From positions 70,902 through 134,901 of the IMG/VR virus record IMGVR_UViG_3300031998_000017: a DNA stretch of 64,000 nucleotides; one strand, 5' to 3'. This stretch comes from a virus (taxonomy: Duplodnaviria; Caudoviricetes). A program made the translations under genes and the position numbers. Shown piece by piece: positions 11,827 to 23,988 of the stretch (positions are counted from its first letter, which is position 1; each line of letters begins with the position of its first letter). The notes beneath the pieces were generated by a model, which did no database searches, had not been told where the DNA came from, and saw only the letters and a list, made by a program, of their open reading frames with translations.

Positions 11827-14017
11827 TTCAATTCTCCAATAGTTTGCTGTGTTTGTACCTTTGTTCGGTTTCTTGAATTTTACCTTTATTAAAGGCAGTT
11901 TTATAATCTCCTGTTAGATATCCAGTTACTCTACGTAATTGTTGAATATGTTTACTATGACACATTGGACATTCATCATTAAATTCATCAGTATATCCGC
12001 AATCTAAGCAAGTGTCATTTGGAACATTAATTGCAAAGTAAGGGATATCTTTATCCATTGCATAGTTTACTATTGTTTCAAGAGCTTCAAGATTATTTTT
12101 AACTCCGCCCTCTAATTCAACATATGTAATACATCCTGCATTACTATATCCTGTTAGTTGACTTTCTATATCAATTTTTTCAAATGGGCTCATTTCTTTC
12201 CATACTGGTACGTGTATACTATTAGTGAAGTAATCTCTGTCAGATACATTAGGAATAATTCCATATTTATCTTTAAATTTTTTCATTGATGTATAACACA
12301 TATTTTCAGCAGGCGTATAATAAACACCAATATTTAAATGTAATTCTTTTTTAAATTGTGCGCATCTGTCTTTAAATAATTGTTCAATTCTTTTCGCTAA
12401 TTCCATCCCTCTTGGTTCGGTATGGTCACAACCCAACAAGATTTGTAATGTTTCCGCCAATCCAATTTGACCTATAACAAGAGTACCATGTTTCATTGCA
12501 CTTTCAACTGTTTTTCCATCATACCCAAGCATGATATTATTTTCATACATGAATTTTGCTGATTCAGGTGATTGACTAATTATCCATTGATATCTTTCTA
12601 ATAACATATCTCTTGCTTCATGGATTTTTTTGTCTAGTAATTCCATAAATTTTTCAACATCTTTATCTGCTTCCATAGCTAATGTTGGCATCACTATTGT
12701 TACTGGACATATATTTCCGCGACCATCTTTAGTTTGTGGATTAGTTCCAGATTCTGCATTTATATCGCTACCATTATATGTTCTACATCCCATTGTAGAT
12801 ACATAAGTTTTAGGGTCATTAACATCGTATCCAGCATTAACAGACCAGTCTACATTAACATAGTTAGGATATAATCTTTGAGCTGTTGATTTAAGGGCTA
12901 ACTTAAATAAATCATAGTTAGGGTCTCCAGGTTTACGATTGACACCTTTCATACATTGGAAGATACCGCATGGGAATATAGGAGTTTTTCTAACTTTACC
13001 AACACCTTCAATAGAACCTTCTAGTAATGCTTTTGTAACCATTCTACCTTCAGGTAAAATGCAAGTCCCATAATTAATTGATGTAAATGGTAATTGATTT
13101 CCGCTACGAGATTGTAATGTATTTAAATTATGATACATACCTTGAACTGCTTGCATTAATTCTTTTTCAGTCATATCCATTGCATATCTATATGCGTTTG
13201 GATGAGAAGTATAAACTTCATCATCAATAGATAAACCATCGACTAATTCTAAACCTACATGTTCAATATATCTCATTCCATCAATCCAATGTTTTTTGAA
13301 TGATAATCTTACATATGGAACCATAGTCCAATCTAAATGACTAGCGCTAACGCCTCCAAATTGTTGTAAAGATTGTAATTGGAATAATACAGCTACTAAT
13401 TGAAATGCTGTGTTAATTGAGCGCGCTGGTCTTACATCTGTTTGTCTAGTATTGAAACCTTTTGCTAATAACATATCAAAAGGAACAGTTAAACAGTTGT
13501 GCATACCAACTGCATATGCATCTAAATCATGAATATATACTTCATTATTTAAATGGTTCTCTCTAGCCATTGGTGAAACTAGATAATTAAGCGCATAGTC
13601 TTTCATAAGCGCTGACCTTGCTTCTCCCATACGGCCACCGAATGAATATTCATCAATGTTAGCATTTTGATTTTGAACATTTGATGCTTCAATCTTTTCT
13701 TTTATATCCTTCATTAAATGAGAGTTTTTATTTCTTATTTTACTTCTCTCTTCTCTATAAAGAATATATTCTTTTGCTACGTCTTTGCGCTTACAACTCA
13801 TTAAACCTTTTTCAACTAAATCTTGAATTTCCTCTATTTCAGGTGTCTCATCAACATCTAAATAGTATCCTTCAATATAGTCTGCTATGTTTTCTGCTTT
13901 TGCTTGCGCATAATCTGTAATCTCGCCATCTACTGCTTGAAACGCTTTCAAAATTGCGTTCTTGATTTTAAAAGAGTCAAATGGCACAACTCTCCCATCA
14001 CGTTTAATAACGTTCAT
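11819..14017 (-). CDS. nrdD: Anaerobic ribonucleoside-triphosphate reductase
   Basis: ATP-cone VIKRDG, YIHDLD, TPAEN, CxxC...CPxC, RRVTGY glycyl radical motif; ends at TGA 11828, or at TAG 11819 if read through. Confidence 0.96.
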
Positions 14018-14091
14018 ATAAGTTCCTCCTTAGTATTTAATTATTTCAAGGATTTAACCTTTATATCTATATGAAAAACAAAAGTAAATAA

Positions 14092-14631
14092 TTATTTACT
14101 TCTGCTTAATTTTAAGTCTTGCAAATCTAATTCGCGTTCATTATCAAAAACTTTATATTCAAAAGGAATATCTTGAAAATCTTCCTCATCTGTCATATAA
14201 CGTCTACATATCTCTGCACAATCTGGATTTTCTTCTCTTTTAAGTGCGCGGATAAGTCTAGTTTTGTCTGTCGCTTGAACATATACAGGATGCACATCTA
14301 ATCTATCATCTTTTAACATATTAACAATACCTGATATATTAAATACACCTACGTTAGTTTTATCTGGGTCTAATCCGTCAATAGGAGTACCATAAAACCA
14401 ATTGCGGAAGATAGTTGTTTCCAACATATCTCCACTAATTGTTTTTCTAGTAAATTCATCTTCGGTTAAGAAGAAATAGTCTACTCCTTCTTCTTCATAA
14501 TCTCTTTTAGGGCGTGTTGTGCAACTAACCACTTTATGATAATTAGTGTTTTGGTCTAACATCATTTTTTGTAGTGTATCTTTACCAGCGGCGCTTTTAC
14601 CGAATAGTGCAATTATTTTTATTTTATTCAT
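14092..14631 (-). CDS. gmk: Guanylate kinase-like protein
   Basis: GKSAAGKDT P-loop, SCTTRPKR, GVDYFF, YGT. Confidence 0.88.
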   Translation of the reverse strand: MNKIKIIALFGKSAAGKDTLQKMMLDQNTNYHKVVSCTTRPKRDYEEEGVDYFFLTEDEFTRKTISGDMLETTIFRNWFYGTPIDGLDPDKTNVGVFNISGIVNMLKDDRLDVHPVYVQATDKTRLIRALKREENPDCAEICRRYMTDEEDFQDIPFEYKVFDNERELDLQDLKLSRSK

Positions 14632-17600
14632 CTGACATAACCCCCTCTCTATCGTGAGTAAGTTCTACATTTCCTTTCTCATCAATAGATGTTATCTTAT
14701 ATAATTGATGGAAACCTGTATTCTTATAAGTTTTTGCTACAAATGTATCATCTCTGCGGAACCCCGCTACTAACAATTTGACACCTCTTGTAAACCAACC
14801 TTTTTCAGTTACATGCTTTGTTCCATCTTCTCCCATTTCACTTAATTGTCTATTATACATTGTAAAATAATCTTTTGTAAATTTAACATTTACTACACCT
14901 GTTGGAGTTAATAATGTTACAGATGAACGTGTATCATTCTTACCTATAACTGTTCCAACTATTTTATGTATTCTATAAATCGGTAGTTCGTGTCCATTTC
15001 TTTTAAAATATGTGTCAACAATAGGTTCACTAGGAAGTGAATCAAAATCTATAACACCATACTTACTTTTATTAATATGCGCTAATTCATGCTCATGATA
15101 ATAGAAACATAATGCTTCCATTTCATACGCGCTAATGTTACCTAACGCATATTTATCCCAACATTCTTTAAATAACAAGTCATTAAAATCTCTCAATATT
15201 TGACTTTGATTATCTCTAATCCAATCACGCGCACTATCCATTTGCGCCTGATAAATTTTTTCCCATCTGTCTTGTAAGATACAAGTTAATCCATTTATTA
15301 TTTCTAACTGGTCAGAGTCAAAATACTTATTATAAAATTCTTCACATTCGCTATCAAAGACATAATACTTTCCTGTCTTTTTATTTGCTTTTAAATACTT
15401 TGTGAACAAGAATGTTTTCTTTTGCAAATCTAATTCACTAGGAACTAAATTATGTTGTATTAAACCATTAAAGTTTTGTAAAGTTATTCTTTTCTTTGCT
15501 TCACACACTTTTGAGATATAATATGCCATAACCGCCATACGAGGTTCAATACCTAATTCTTTTCCTAAATCTATTTCTAACTTATCAAAAGCTCCTGCTT
15601 TAATCAAACTAAACATTGCGCTTTTGTTAAGTGGACATCTTGCCATAAAATCTTGTATACCGCTATATGGACGGTTCGCAATAATCTGGTCGATAATCGG
15701 ACCTCCAACATTATTTAATGCTTTCATACCAAATAAGATTTCATTATTTTCTACATCTGGTTCAAAACTATATGATGATTTATTTATATCAACTAAACTA
15801 ACTCTAATTCCTCTTGATATAATATCACCAATAGCTTTTGCTATTTTACCATAATCAGTTCCGCGCTCTTTCTTTTCTACATTTCCTTCTTCATCTTCTT
15901 CAAACTCATCACCATCTTCAAGACTACCACTATTAACTACTAAACACGCTGTGTTCCAATAGATAGGATTCCATCTTGTTGCAATATACATTGTTTGAAA
16001 ACCGATGAAACTATATGCTAATGCGTGGATGATACTAAATGAATATCCCATCTGAGGACCGATACCACATGTCCATACATAATTGCCTAAACATGGAGAT
16101 TTAGCTTGATTTAATACCTTTTGACGAAGTTCAGGTATCTTACTCATTTGTTTCTTACCAACAACTTTACGTGCTGCGTTCGCTTCTGCTAATGTAAATC
16201 CACATATATTCTCATCCATTAACATCTTCATTAATTGTTCCTGACTTGGCGGAACTCCATATGAAGTTTTAAAATATGGCTCTAATGTTTTTTGCTCCGC
16301 TTGAGTTAAACCATATTCGCGCATTTCTTTATACCACAATGAGATATCATTCTTAAATCTAATATATTTTTCCATTGGAGTTTCTTGACCTTTTTCTGCT
16401 GTCATTAATCTCATTAATCCATTTGCGTCTGCCATTTCTAACATTGACCCCGGCTTAATTTTCTTAGCCGCTTGTCCGCCAACATCACTATCAAACTGGA
16501 AGATATTTAATACACTATTCTCTTGAAGAACTTTCCATATATCTTCATCATCAATAGGCAATACACTTGGGTGAAAATACTTATCATAAATTTCTCTTAA
16601 TGTCAAGTCACTCTCAATTTCACCATAATCTTGCAACATTCTGATTGCTTCTGCTAATTTATCTTGAACTTCTGTTACTAAGAAATCATACTTTGTCATA
16701 CCACATGCTTCACACATATGTAGGTCATATGATGTGATTACTTCACCTCTTGGAGTTCTCATAAATGTTCCAAATTCATATGGGTCTTCATCAAATAAGA
16801 TAACTCCTGAAGCATGTGAACTTCTTTTATTTATCAATCCTTCAATTCCGTCCATTATATCTAATAGACCAGGATATAAATTTACTTCATTTATAAATGT
16901 TTTAATTGGCTTACGACCTTTATCTTCATTCCCATTTATAACATCTGCAAGAGGCCATAAGAATCCACGTTCACTTGGGATAAGTGAACTTAAATATTGC
17001 GCTGTATCAACATCTATTCCATCTGGATACTCTTCACTACGATAACCGCGGCATGCAGTTAAGATTGTTGAACGAGTTCCTTCTGTTCCAAATGTTGCTA
17101 TTAATGTACATCCTAAATTCTTACGACTTAATTCATCTATATCACTCTTGAAGTTTTGTCCTCTTTCTTTTTTAATTTCATTTAATATCTTAGGACGCTT
17201 ACTTGGACATAAATCTAAGTCAATATCACCTAATTCTACACGTTCTTTATTTAAATAACGCCAGAATGGAAGTTCCCATTTAATTGGGTCAAGCTGTGTA
17301 ATACCTAATAGATAGTGATTCAAACCTGAACAACTTGAACCACGTCCTGCTCCTACGATACTTCCGCAATTCCAAAACAAATCAACATAGTGCTGTAAAG
17401 TTACTGGATATGCAAACATATTTGTTCCTAACTTACCACTAATTGTTCTTTTAATATCTGCCTCTTCCTCAAGTCTACTCAAATATGTTTCATTATACAA
17501 ATCTTTTGTGATTAATTTATTAACACATTCATTAACCCAATATCTTTCAATTTTGTCATCAGACATATACATACTATTTAATATTGGATAATCTTTTAAC

Positions 17601-18583
17601 TGGTCTGTTTTACCATATTCTTTTACTTCAACTTGCGGAATAGTTTGCGCATGTGCTAAACTATACTTTTCTATTTTATTCCAAATTTCATAACTATTTT
17701 CAAACATTTGTTCAACGAACTCATTATCAAAACCAGATGCTGCCAAATGTTCTTTAATTTCATCATTTGTTTGAAGATATGCAAATTCATAGAACTCATC
17801 TACTTCACGCTCTCCAAACTTACTGTTAAGATATGCTTTATGAACATATCTATCTTCTTTTTTAAGATAATGCGCATCTGACCCTATTACCATTTTCAAA
17901 TCAAATGCTTTTGCAATAGCAGGAAATCTTTTATTAACTAAAACTTGTTCTCTTGATGTTCCTGGTGCACATTCTATATAAAAGTTACCTTCTCCAAACA
18001 CTTCTTTACCCCATAATAAGAAGTTTACTATATTATTATGTGCGATTGCCGCACCATTTGTATCCCCCGTTTGTTCTGCTGTAATAAGCGCCAATGTATT
18101 AACACTCAACTCTCCTCCTAAACATGCTGTTGTTGCTATCAAACTGTTAGGATACTTTTTCATTATTTCTTCAATATCACTTTTTAATGTTGGGACTCTT
18201 TCAAGACCTCTATCCCAATAACTATTCATCCACGCTCTTGATGATAATTCTCTCAATACTCTATGACCTTCTTTATTTTTTGCAATCAAAATAAAGTGAT
18301 AATATCTTTGCCCCATATCACGCGTGTCTGTTAAATATATTTCATTTCCTAATGCTATTTTAAAATCAGGATTCTCTTTCTCTACTTCAGATTGATAAAA
18401 GTTTATCTCTGGATGAGAGGATACACATTCATGGTCAGTTATTGCGATACCTGATAACCCTAATTCAATAGCTCTGTTGATTAAATCTTTAGGTCTATTG
18501 ATTGAGTCAAGCAAACGCAAATTACTATAATGTGTATGTGAGTGAACTTCAAATCTATTTCCCATTTTTTCCTCCTTTTCCAT
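14624..18583 (-). CDS. dnaE: DNA polymerase III alpha subunit
   Basis: PHP domain HSHTHYS, AITDH, SDAHY; GAGRGS, DIDLD, HASGV, KYDFL. Confidence 0.95.
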   Translation of the reverse strand: MEKEEKMGNRFEVHSHTHYSNLRLLDSINRPKDLINRAIELGLSGIAITDHECVSSHPEINFYQSEVEKENPDFKIALGNEIYLTDTRDMGQRYYHFILIAKNKEGHRVLRELSSRAWMNSYWDRGLERVPTLKSDIEEIMKKYPNSLIATTACLGGELSVNTLALITAEQTGDTNGAAIAHNNIVNFLLWGKEVFGEGNFYIECAPGTSREQVLVNKRFPAIAKAFDLKMVIGSDAHYLKKEDRYVHKAYLNSKFGEREVDEFYEFAYLQTNDEIKEHLAASGFDNEFVEQMFENSYEIWNKIEKYSLAHAQTIPQVEVKEYGKTDQLKDYPILNSMYMSDDKIERYWVNECVNKLITKDLYNETYLSRLEEEADIKRTISGKLGTNMFAYPVTLQHYVDLFWNCGSIVGAGRGSSCSGLNHYLLGITQLDPIKWELPFWRYLNKERVELGDIDLDLCPSKRPKILNEIKKERGQNFKSDIDELSRKNLGCTLIATFGTEGTRSTILTACRGYRSEEYPDGIDVDTAQYLSSLIPSERGFLWPLADVINGNEDKGRKPIKTFINEVNLYPGLLDIMDGIEGLINKRSSHASGVILFDEDPYEFGTFMRTPRGEVITSYDLHMCEACGMTKYDFLVTEVQDKLAEAIRMLQDYGEIESDLTLREIYDKYFHPSVLPIDDEDIWKVLQENSVLNIFQFDSDVGGQAAKKIKPGSMLEMADANGLMRLMTAEKGQETPMEKYIRFKNDISLWYKEMREYGLTQAEQKTLEPYFKTSYGVPPSQEQLMKMLMDENICGFTLAEANAARKVVGKKQMSKIPELRQKVLNQAKSPCLGNYVWTCGIGPQMGYSFSIIHALAYSFIGFQTMYIATRWNPIYWNTACLVVNSGSLEDGDEFEEDEEGNVEKKERGTDYGKIAKAIGDIISRGIRVSLVDINKSSYSFEPDVENNEILFGMKALNNVGGPIIDQIIANRPYSGIQDFMARCPLNKSAMFSLIKAGAFDKLEIDLGKELGIEPRMAVMAYYISKVCEAKKRITLQNFNGLIQHNLVPSELDLQKKTFLFTKYLKANKKTGKYYVFDSECEEFYNKYFDSDQLEIINGLTCILQDRWEKIYQAQMDSARDWIRDNQSQILRDFNDLLFKECWDKYALGNISAYEMEALCFYYHEHELAHINKSKYGVIDFDSLPSEPIVDTYFKRNGHELPIYRIHKIVGTVIGKNDTRSSVTLLTPTGVVNVKFTKDYFTMYNRQLSEMGEDGTKHVTEKGWFTRGVKLLVAGFRRDDTFVAKTYKNTGFHQLYKITSIDEKGNVELTHDREGVMSDE

Positions 18584-18612
18584 CTTATAATAATATTATA
18601 TCATTTTTTTAA

Positions 18613-19128
18613 TTAAAAGTCAAATGGTAAGTGTTTGATGGAGGCTAAGTTATTTATTGGATAATCCAGCTCTTTACATTCCCATCCATGTTTAGTAAAA
18701 TATTCTTGCAAAGGAATACGTTCACTACACATATTACCAGGTGCTTCATATACTATTAAAACTAAAATTATTTCTTCTTCAATATTATTATCTTTTGCAT
18801 ATTTATCGGCGAGATTGCGCATATCCGCAATCATCTCATCAAAATCTATTTTATCTAAATTCTTTCTATAATTACTTAAAAAAGAACAAATTGTAAAATT
18901 TTTTTCTTGGCAAGGGCATGGGACAGGTTCTTGTTCTCCACATTTCTTACCAGCTTGAATAATAGGATTAATTCTTACACCATTTAGAATTTTTCTTGCA
19001 TTATAAAAAATATGATTCTCTCCTTGGTTTGCGTGAAACCAAGTTGGGTCCCACAACGCTGTGGATATGGGAATCATATTACGATTAAAATTTCTAATTT
19101 GATAAAAGTAACTAGTCCTTATTTTCAT
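18613..19128 (-). CDS. Hypothetical protein (DUF488-like)
   Basis: MKIRTSYF start and VYEAPGNMCSER end resemble DUF488-type proteins. Confidence 0.55.
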   Translation of the reverse strand: MKIRTSYFYQIRNFNRNMIPISTALWDPTWFHANQGENHIFYNARKILNGVRINPIIQAGKKCGEQEPVPCPCQEKNFTICSFLSNYRKNLDKIDFDEMIADMRNLADKYAKDNNIEEEIILVLIVYEAPGNMCSERIPLQEYFTKHGWECKELDYPINNLASIKHLPFDF

Positions 19129-19345
19129 TATTTTCTTCCTTTAGCATAGTCTTTAAACATCTAATTAAATCTTTAATTTCTTTTTTCTTTTCAAATTGCA
19201 CAACTGCAACTGCACCTTTTTTGCTAATAGGGATATTTATTGTTAAAGCTTCATCAACAATAAAATGATTACCAATTCTTTTTGCTTTACAAGGGGCTAC
19301 TAATTGCAATTCCGCAAGTTCTTGACAATTATTTATATTTCTCAT
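19112..19345 (-). CDS. Hypothetical protein
   Basis: Translationally coupled ORF. Confidence 0.6.
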   Translation of the reverse strand: MRNINNCQELAELQLVAPCKAKRIGNHFIVDEALTINIPISKKGAVAVVQFEKKKEIKDLIRCLKTMLKEENNENKD

Positions 19346-19617
19346 TATGCAGATTCTTCTGTTGTTCTATGCTTAGGATGGAAACCACCATTATTTTTAT
19401 AAAAGTTTTTGATAGCATTGAAAATAATTTGACTATCTAGTTGTTCTTGACTTTTGCTTCCATTTACTTTCCATCTAAAAGCAAATTTAGCTGGTCTTGT
19501 TCCAGGGTATAAATCAATAATTTTATATACTCCTAATTTACCTTTGGCATTTATTTCTTGATACCATATTGCCCATCTGTCATCTACTACTCTGTCAATC
19601 TTATATAATTTACTCAT
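19345..19617 (-). CDS. Hypothetical protein
   Basis: GAGGAG RBS, operon position. Confidence 0.65.
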   Translation of the reverse strand: MSKLYKIDRVVDDRWAIWYQEINAKGKLGVYKIIDLYPGTRPAKFAFRWKVNGSKSQEQLDSQIIFNAIKNFYKNNGGFHPKHRTTEESA

Positions 19618-19629
19618 TCTATCTCTCCT

Positions 19630-20820
19630 CTATTTTCTTATTATTACCAATTTCTTTGCAGCTCTGGTACAAGCTGTATATAACCATCTCTTATGCTCTT
19701 CTAAAACATAAGGGAACCCCTCTTCTATAACCAAGACCTTATCCCATTCACTGCCTTGCGCTTTGTGGCAAGTGATAGCATATCCATAAGTAAACTGGTC
19801 AGGCACCATATTCATATAGCGCCAATTCCTACGCATCTTATATGTAGTCTTCCAATCTAATCCCGGCTCACCTGTTAAGATTAATTTCTTATCCATTTCT
19901 AATTCGCCATAGCTTTCACCTGTATCTGATATAAATTCCGCATGAATAATATCTAATTTCTTAGCTTTGCCATCGCTAGTTATTCTACCAGGTAGGTTAA
20001 TATAAGTACTGAAGCTATTGTTTAAATAACCAATAGTTCCATTAACTAATGGGTTATCATCGTTTGAAAAGACCTCCCAGTTATTCTTTAAACAAATAAC
20101 TTTGTCTCCATCTTCAGGGTCGCCTTCATGTCCTAACAAGTCACGCATTTGATTATTTAGTGCAACTCTTGTTGCATTAGTGGCGCATATTATTTGGTCA
20201 GCCCATTCTAACATTCCTGTTGATAATTCATCTTTATCTAATATCTGAACTTGTTGACCGATATAATGATTAAGTGGTTTTCCTTCACGAATATCCATTG
20301 TTAATTTAATAATCTCACTTTCCGCCTCTTGACGCATAATTTCATCTAGGAAGATATGCGGATTATCTAATAAATGGTTATCTTCACTTTTGTCAACTGG
20401 TGGCAACTGACCAGGGTCTCCTAAACATATAATATGCACAGGATAACTTGCTAATCGTTGCAATAAATCTTTTGGTACCATAGACACTTCATCTACTATT
20501 ACTACTTTATAAGGTACTATCTCCACAGGTTTACGAAAGAATGTCCCATCAGGACGAGGTATACTCTCAAACAAGAGTTTATGTAAAGTGCTTACATTTT
20601 TATTACCTTTCTTTTGTAAGACCTGTGTTGCTTTACCTGTGAACGATGTATATACCACATCTAATTCAGGGTCTATATCTGGGAGGGCCGATATGATAAA
20701 TTTAACTAGTGTTGATTTCCCTGTTCCTGCATATCCAGCTATGACTGTATATTTAGAACCATCGTTGTATCTATCAACAGCAATTTGCAAACCTTGCTTT
20801 TGCTTGTCGTTTAATTCCAT
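19630..20820 (-). CDS. SF1B (Dda/RecD-like) helicase
   Basis: GYAGTGKS, VDEVSM, GDPGQLPPV, YAITCHKAQGSEW, LYTACTRA. Confidence 0.92.
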   Translation of the reverse strand: MELNDKQKQGLQIAVDRYNDGSKYTVIAGYAGTGKSTLVKFIISALPDIDPELDVVYTSFTGKATQVLQKKGNKNVSTLHKLLFESIPRPDGTFFRKPVEIVPYKVVIVDEVSMVPKDLLQRLASYPVHIICLGDPGQLPPVDKSEDNHLLDNPHIFLDEIMRQEAESEIIKLTMDIREGKPLNHYIGQQVQILDKDELSTGMLEWADQIICATNATRVALNNQMRDLLGHEGDPEDGDKVICLKNNWEVFSNDDNPLVNGTIGYLNNSFSTYINLPGRITSDGKAKKLDIIHAEFISDTGESYGELEMDKKLILTGEPGLDWKTTYKMRRNWRYMNMVPDQFTYGYAITCHKAQGSEWDKVLVIEEGFPYVLEEHKRWLYTACTRAAKKLVIIRK

Positions 20821-20869
20821 AACTCCTCCTTTATATTATAATTATATCATATTTCTTTATAAAAATCAA

Positions 20870-22621
20870 TTAAAACAAATATTTACCTGAACCTACTACT
20901 TCATAATCTTCTACAAATAATTGTGGAGTTCTTATTCCATTTCATTCATTTATATTACATTTTCCTACTGCGTTGATTGATATATAAGCCGTATCAAATT
21001 CTTCAAATGTTTCACAATCTTTATCAGTAGCATTAAATATCATTAAACTTATTTTATTTTGTAATGTTATTTTTAATGTATTACTTGTTTTTCTATAAAC
21101 TGTTACCATATCTTTACTAACTTTTAAATTTTCTATTGCGATATATGGTTCATCCATATCTTTTCCCCATAAATCACTAAGACTAGCAATAGTAAGAATA
21201 TCATTAGCTTGAACGTCTGCTCCTGTGTAGATATAGTCTACATAATATACTGGCTCTGCGGAAATGCTTGCTAATGCTGCGTCAGTCTTGGTTAAGAACT
21301 CTTGAACCGCCTCTGCCGCCAAACACATACCAAATGCATTTTCATGTCCCTGGCACCATTCCGCCCCAGACTCTTCGCATATAGTCTTAAAATTAGTTAT
21401 ACCAGTCATTTCATATCCGCGCGCACTGCCTTGATATCCCTCTGGAGTATCAAATAATATGCAACATGGACGTTGATATTTATTAGCTAACTTATTTGCT
21501 ATAAGACCTGCTATATTTCTATCTATTGCTCCGCTATCAAGAGTAAACAATATAACTTTATGGTCAAGTAGATTGTCAGACTTCATCTGTCTTTCTAAAT
21601 CTTCCATAGCTTTATCTTGTTCTCTTGTCTGTCTATTCTTTACATTATTAGAAGTTCTAATTGCTTGGTCAACTATTCTTTCCATTTCACCAGGCGCATG
21701 TCCGCGCTTAGTAGATGGAACCATTTTAAAAGCTTCATACTTAAGCATTGACTTAAATAGCAATTCTTTTTCTTCTATTGTTCCACTACGTTGAACTGCA
21801 TTAACTAGGGGAACTATATAAAAGGCTGCTCCTATTGAAGTAAGGTGCTCACCTAATTTAAACTTATTTTTTTGCCATGACTCATATAGATATGGGTTAT
21901 GAATATTTTCAGGTTCAAAACCTTTTGTTATAATATGTTTTGTTTCTATTGATGTTAGGCTCATCATATCTCCGCAGTTACCTAAAGCTACTAGGTCTAT
22001 ATAATTATCTGCGTTGTTACCGCCTAATTGTTGGTCTAAGTATCTGCAAAATTGCCATACTATACCAACTCCTGAAAAATCTTTATTACTATAATCACTT
22101 AATTGATTATTTATAACTATTGCATATTCACTTACTTTATTAGCTAAGTGGTGGTCTAAGATAATAATATCTTTACCTTGACCTTTAAGTGTCAAATGCG
22201 CATCATAATCATTGGAACCAGCATCTGGAACTATAATTAATTCAAAATCTCTATAATTGATATAGTCCATACAATCATTAATTCCATGCTGTTTTCCTTC
22301 GTGCACCCATCACTTTAAGTTATTTTCAACCCAAGCAGGGAATAAATCATGAAGATAGTTAATTAATACTGCGGATGCGGTAAATCCATCGCAATCGCAA
22401 TCTACTATTACTAAAGCATTATCATTATTTTTAATGTGAGTAAGAAGCGTTCGAGCTGCTTTCACTAGACAATCTTGCCCAAGCGCCTCTGGTTTATTTA
22501 TATCTGCATCTGTTGTATTTAGATAATGCGCAACTTCTTCATAAGGGATATTTCTATTTGTTAATATTTGTTCTATTGTATTATATAATGGATTAATAGG
22601 TTTTATTAATTTGTATTGCAT
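20870..22621 (-). CDS. recJ: RecJ-like DHH ssDNA exonuclease (583 aa, 2 TGA=Trp)
   Basis: DCDCDG, LDHH, GSARG, GHENAFG; track ORFs 22310..22621 and 20942..22306 are joined by one TGA; C-terminal NE*NG..TPQ. Confidence 0.88.
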
Positions 22622-22633
22622 TATCTATTTCAC

Positions 22634-22840
22634 CTAATTCAAAATCATTGCAATTATTACAAAGATAATTAAGAATAATACGACTAATGCTGCTGGAATC
22701 CAAAGTGGTGCTAATACCCATAGCCAACCCCAATTAATAACTCCACACAATTTTAATACTACAAATGCTATTGTTAACAATCCACAAAATCCTATTCCTC
22801 CGCTACGAACTACTGTTGTATTCTTATCATTATAATTCAT
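22634..22840 (-). CDS. Small membrane protein
   Basis: GGIGFCGLLTIAFVVLKLCGVINWGWLWVLAPLW hydrophobic pattern common in phages. Confidence 0.75.
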   Translation of the reverse strand: MNYNDKNTTVVRSGGIGFCGLLTIAFVVLKLCGVINWGWLWVLAPLWIPAALVVLFLIIFVIIAMILN

Positions 22841-23931
22841 TATATTATTATTCTCCTTTCAAACAACTCTAAAAATGTATCTGGTCCTTTATCAATAGGA
22901 CTATCTTTATAGCCTAATAAATTCCATTTATCAAACATAAAGCTAATTTTAATTAAAGGACTATATTTCTTATTTATATCTTTTAATTTTTTTGTCCAAC
23001 CTTTAAATTCATTATCCCCTATTTCTTTAAATTGCTTATCAAAAGCAACAACAATTTCTTCTACATCTAGTGATTGTAGGAGCTGTACTTGATAGTTAGT
23101 TAAGTTACTTCCGCAAACTGCAACACTTATATCATTATCAAAACCAAAGTATGATTGATATAATAAGCAACTCTTTTCTCCTTCAAATACAATTACTTTT
23201 TTCATTCTTCTTATATTATGCTTACTATTATTCAAATTATATAAGTTGAAACCTAATGGGTGATTATACATTTGATAATTTAATATCGCAGGTTTATACT
23301 TACCATTAGCTTCTTCTTCTTTTATCATTGTTCTTTCTCTGATACCAATTAACTTACCATCAATATTATAATGCGGGATTACTATACCCCAGTTAACTGG
23401 GTCAAAAGCAATACCACTATGATTCATTGATTCCTGTGTGATTCCTTCATCTAACCATGCTGGAATCTTAGGACGCGGTAAATATCTTAATATCTTATCA
23501 TCATAATATTTAAATTCTACAATTCTCTCTTCTTTTGTTTCTTGTTTCTTCTCATAATTATTTAATATTTTCCAATCGTCAGTTTCTGCGCTGCTATATA
23601 CTTCATTATTAAAAGAAACATTTAATCCAAAGAAATTTATAATAAAATTAATTGATTGCATTAATGTATATTCAATATTTTTTAATTTTTTTACTTTTAT
23701 TATAAAGTCAAAAACATCAAAGGTATCTGAACACTCTGTATAACATCTAAATAACTTTGTGTTGTCATAATAATATAGCTTATGGCTACTTCCGCCATGA
23801 CACAAAGTCCTTGATATTATTAGCTCTCCTTTGATGACCGGGTCTCCGCCTAGGGCATATAACAATTCCTTTACTTGGTCTATTGTTAAACTATTTTTGA
23901 TGTTTTCTGACCACTCTTTAAGATTGTCCAT
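22840..23931 (-). CDS. DNA primase (Zn finger + TOPRIM)
   Basis: CH...CYTEC zinc-binding motif, VFEGEKS, AFDKQ; likely start MDNLKEW with GAGG RBS. Confidence 0.85.
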   Translation of the reverse strand: MDNLKEWSENIKNSLTIDQVKELLYALGGDPVIKGELIISRTLCHGGSSHKLYYYDNTKLFRCYTECSDTFDVFDFIIKVKKLKNIEYTLMQSINFIINFFGLNVSFNNEVYSSAETDDWKILNNYEKKQETKEERIVEFKYYDDKILRYLPRPKIPAWLDEGITQESMNHSGIAFDPVNWGIVIPHYNIDGKLIGIRERTMIKEEEANGKYKPAILNYQMYNHPLGFNLYNLNNSKHNIRRMKKVIVFEGEKSCLLYQSYFGFDNDISVAVCGSNLTNYQVQLLQSLDVEEIVVAFDKQFKEIGDNEFKGWTKKLKDINKKYSPLIKISFMFDKWNLLGYKDSPIDKGPDTFLELFERRIII

Positions 23932-23988
23932 ATGAACACCTCTTTTCCTATATATAATAATTATATAATAAATTATTAAAATAGTCAA

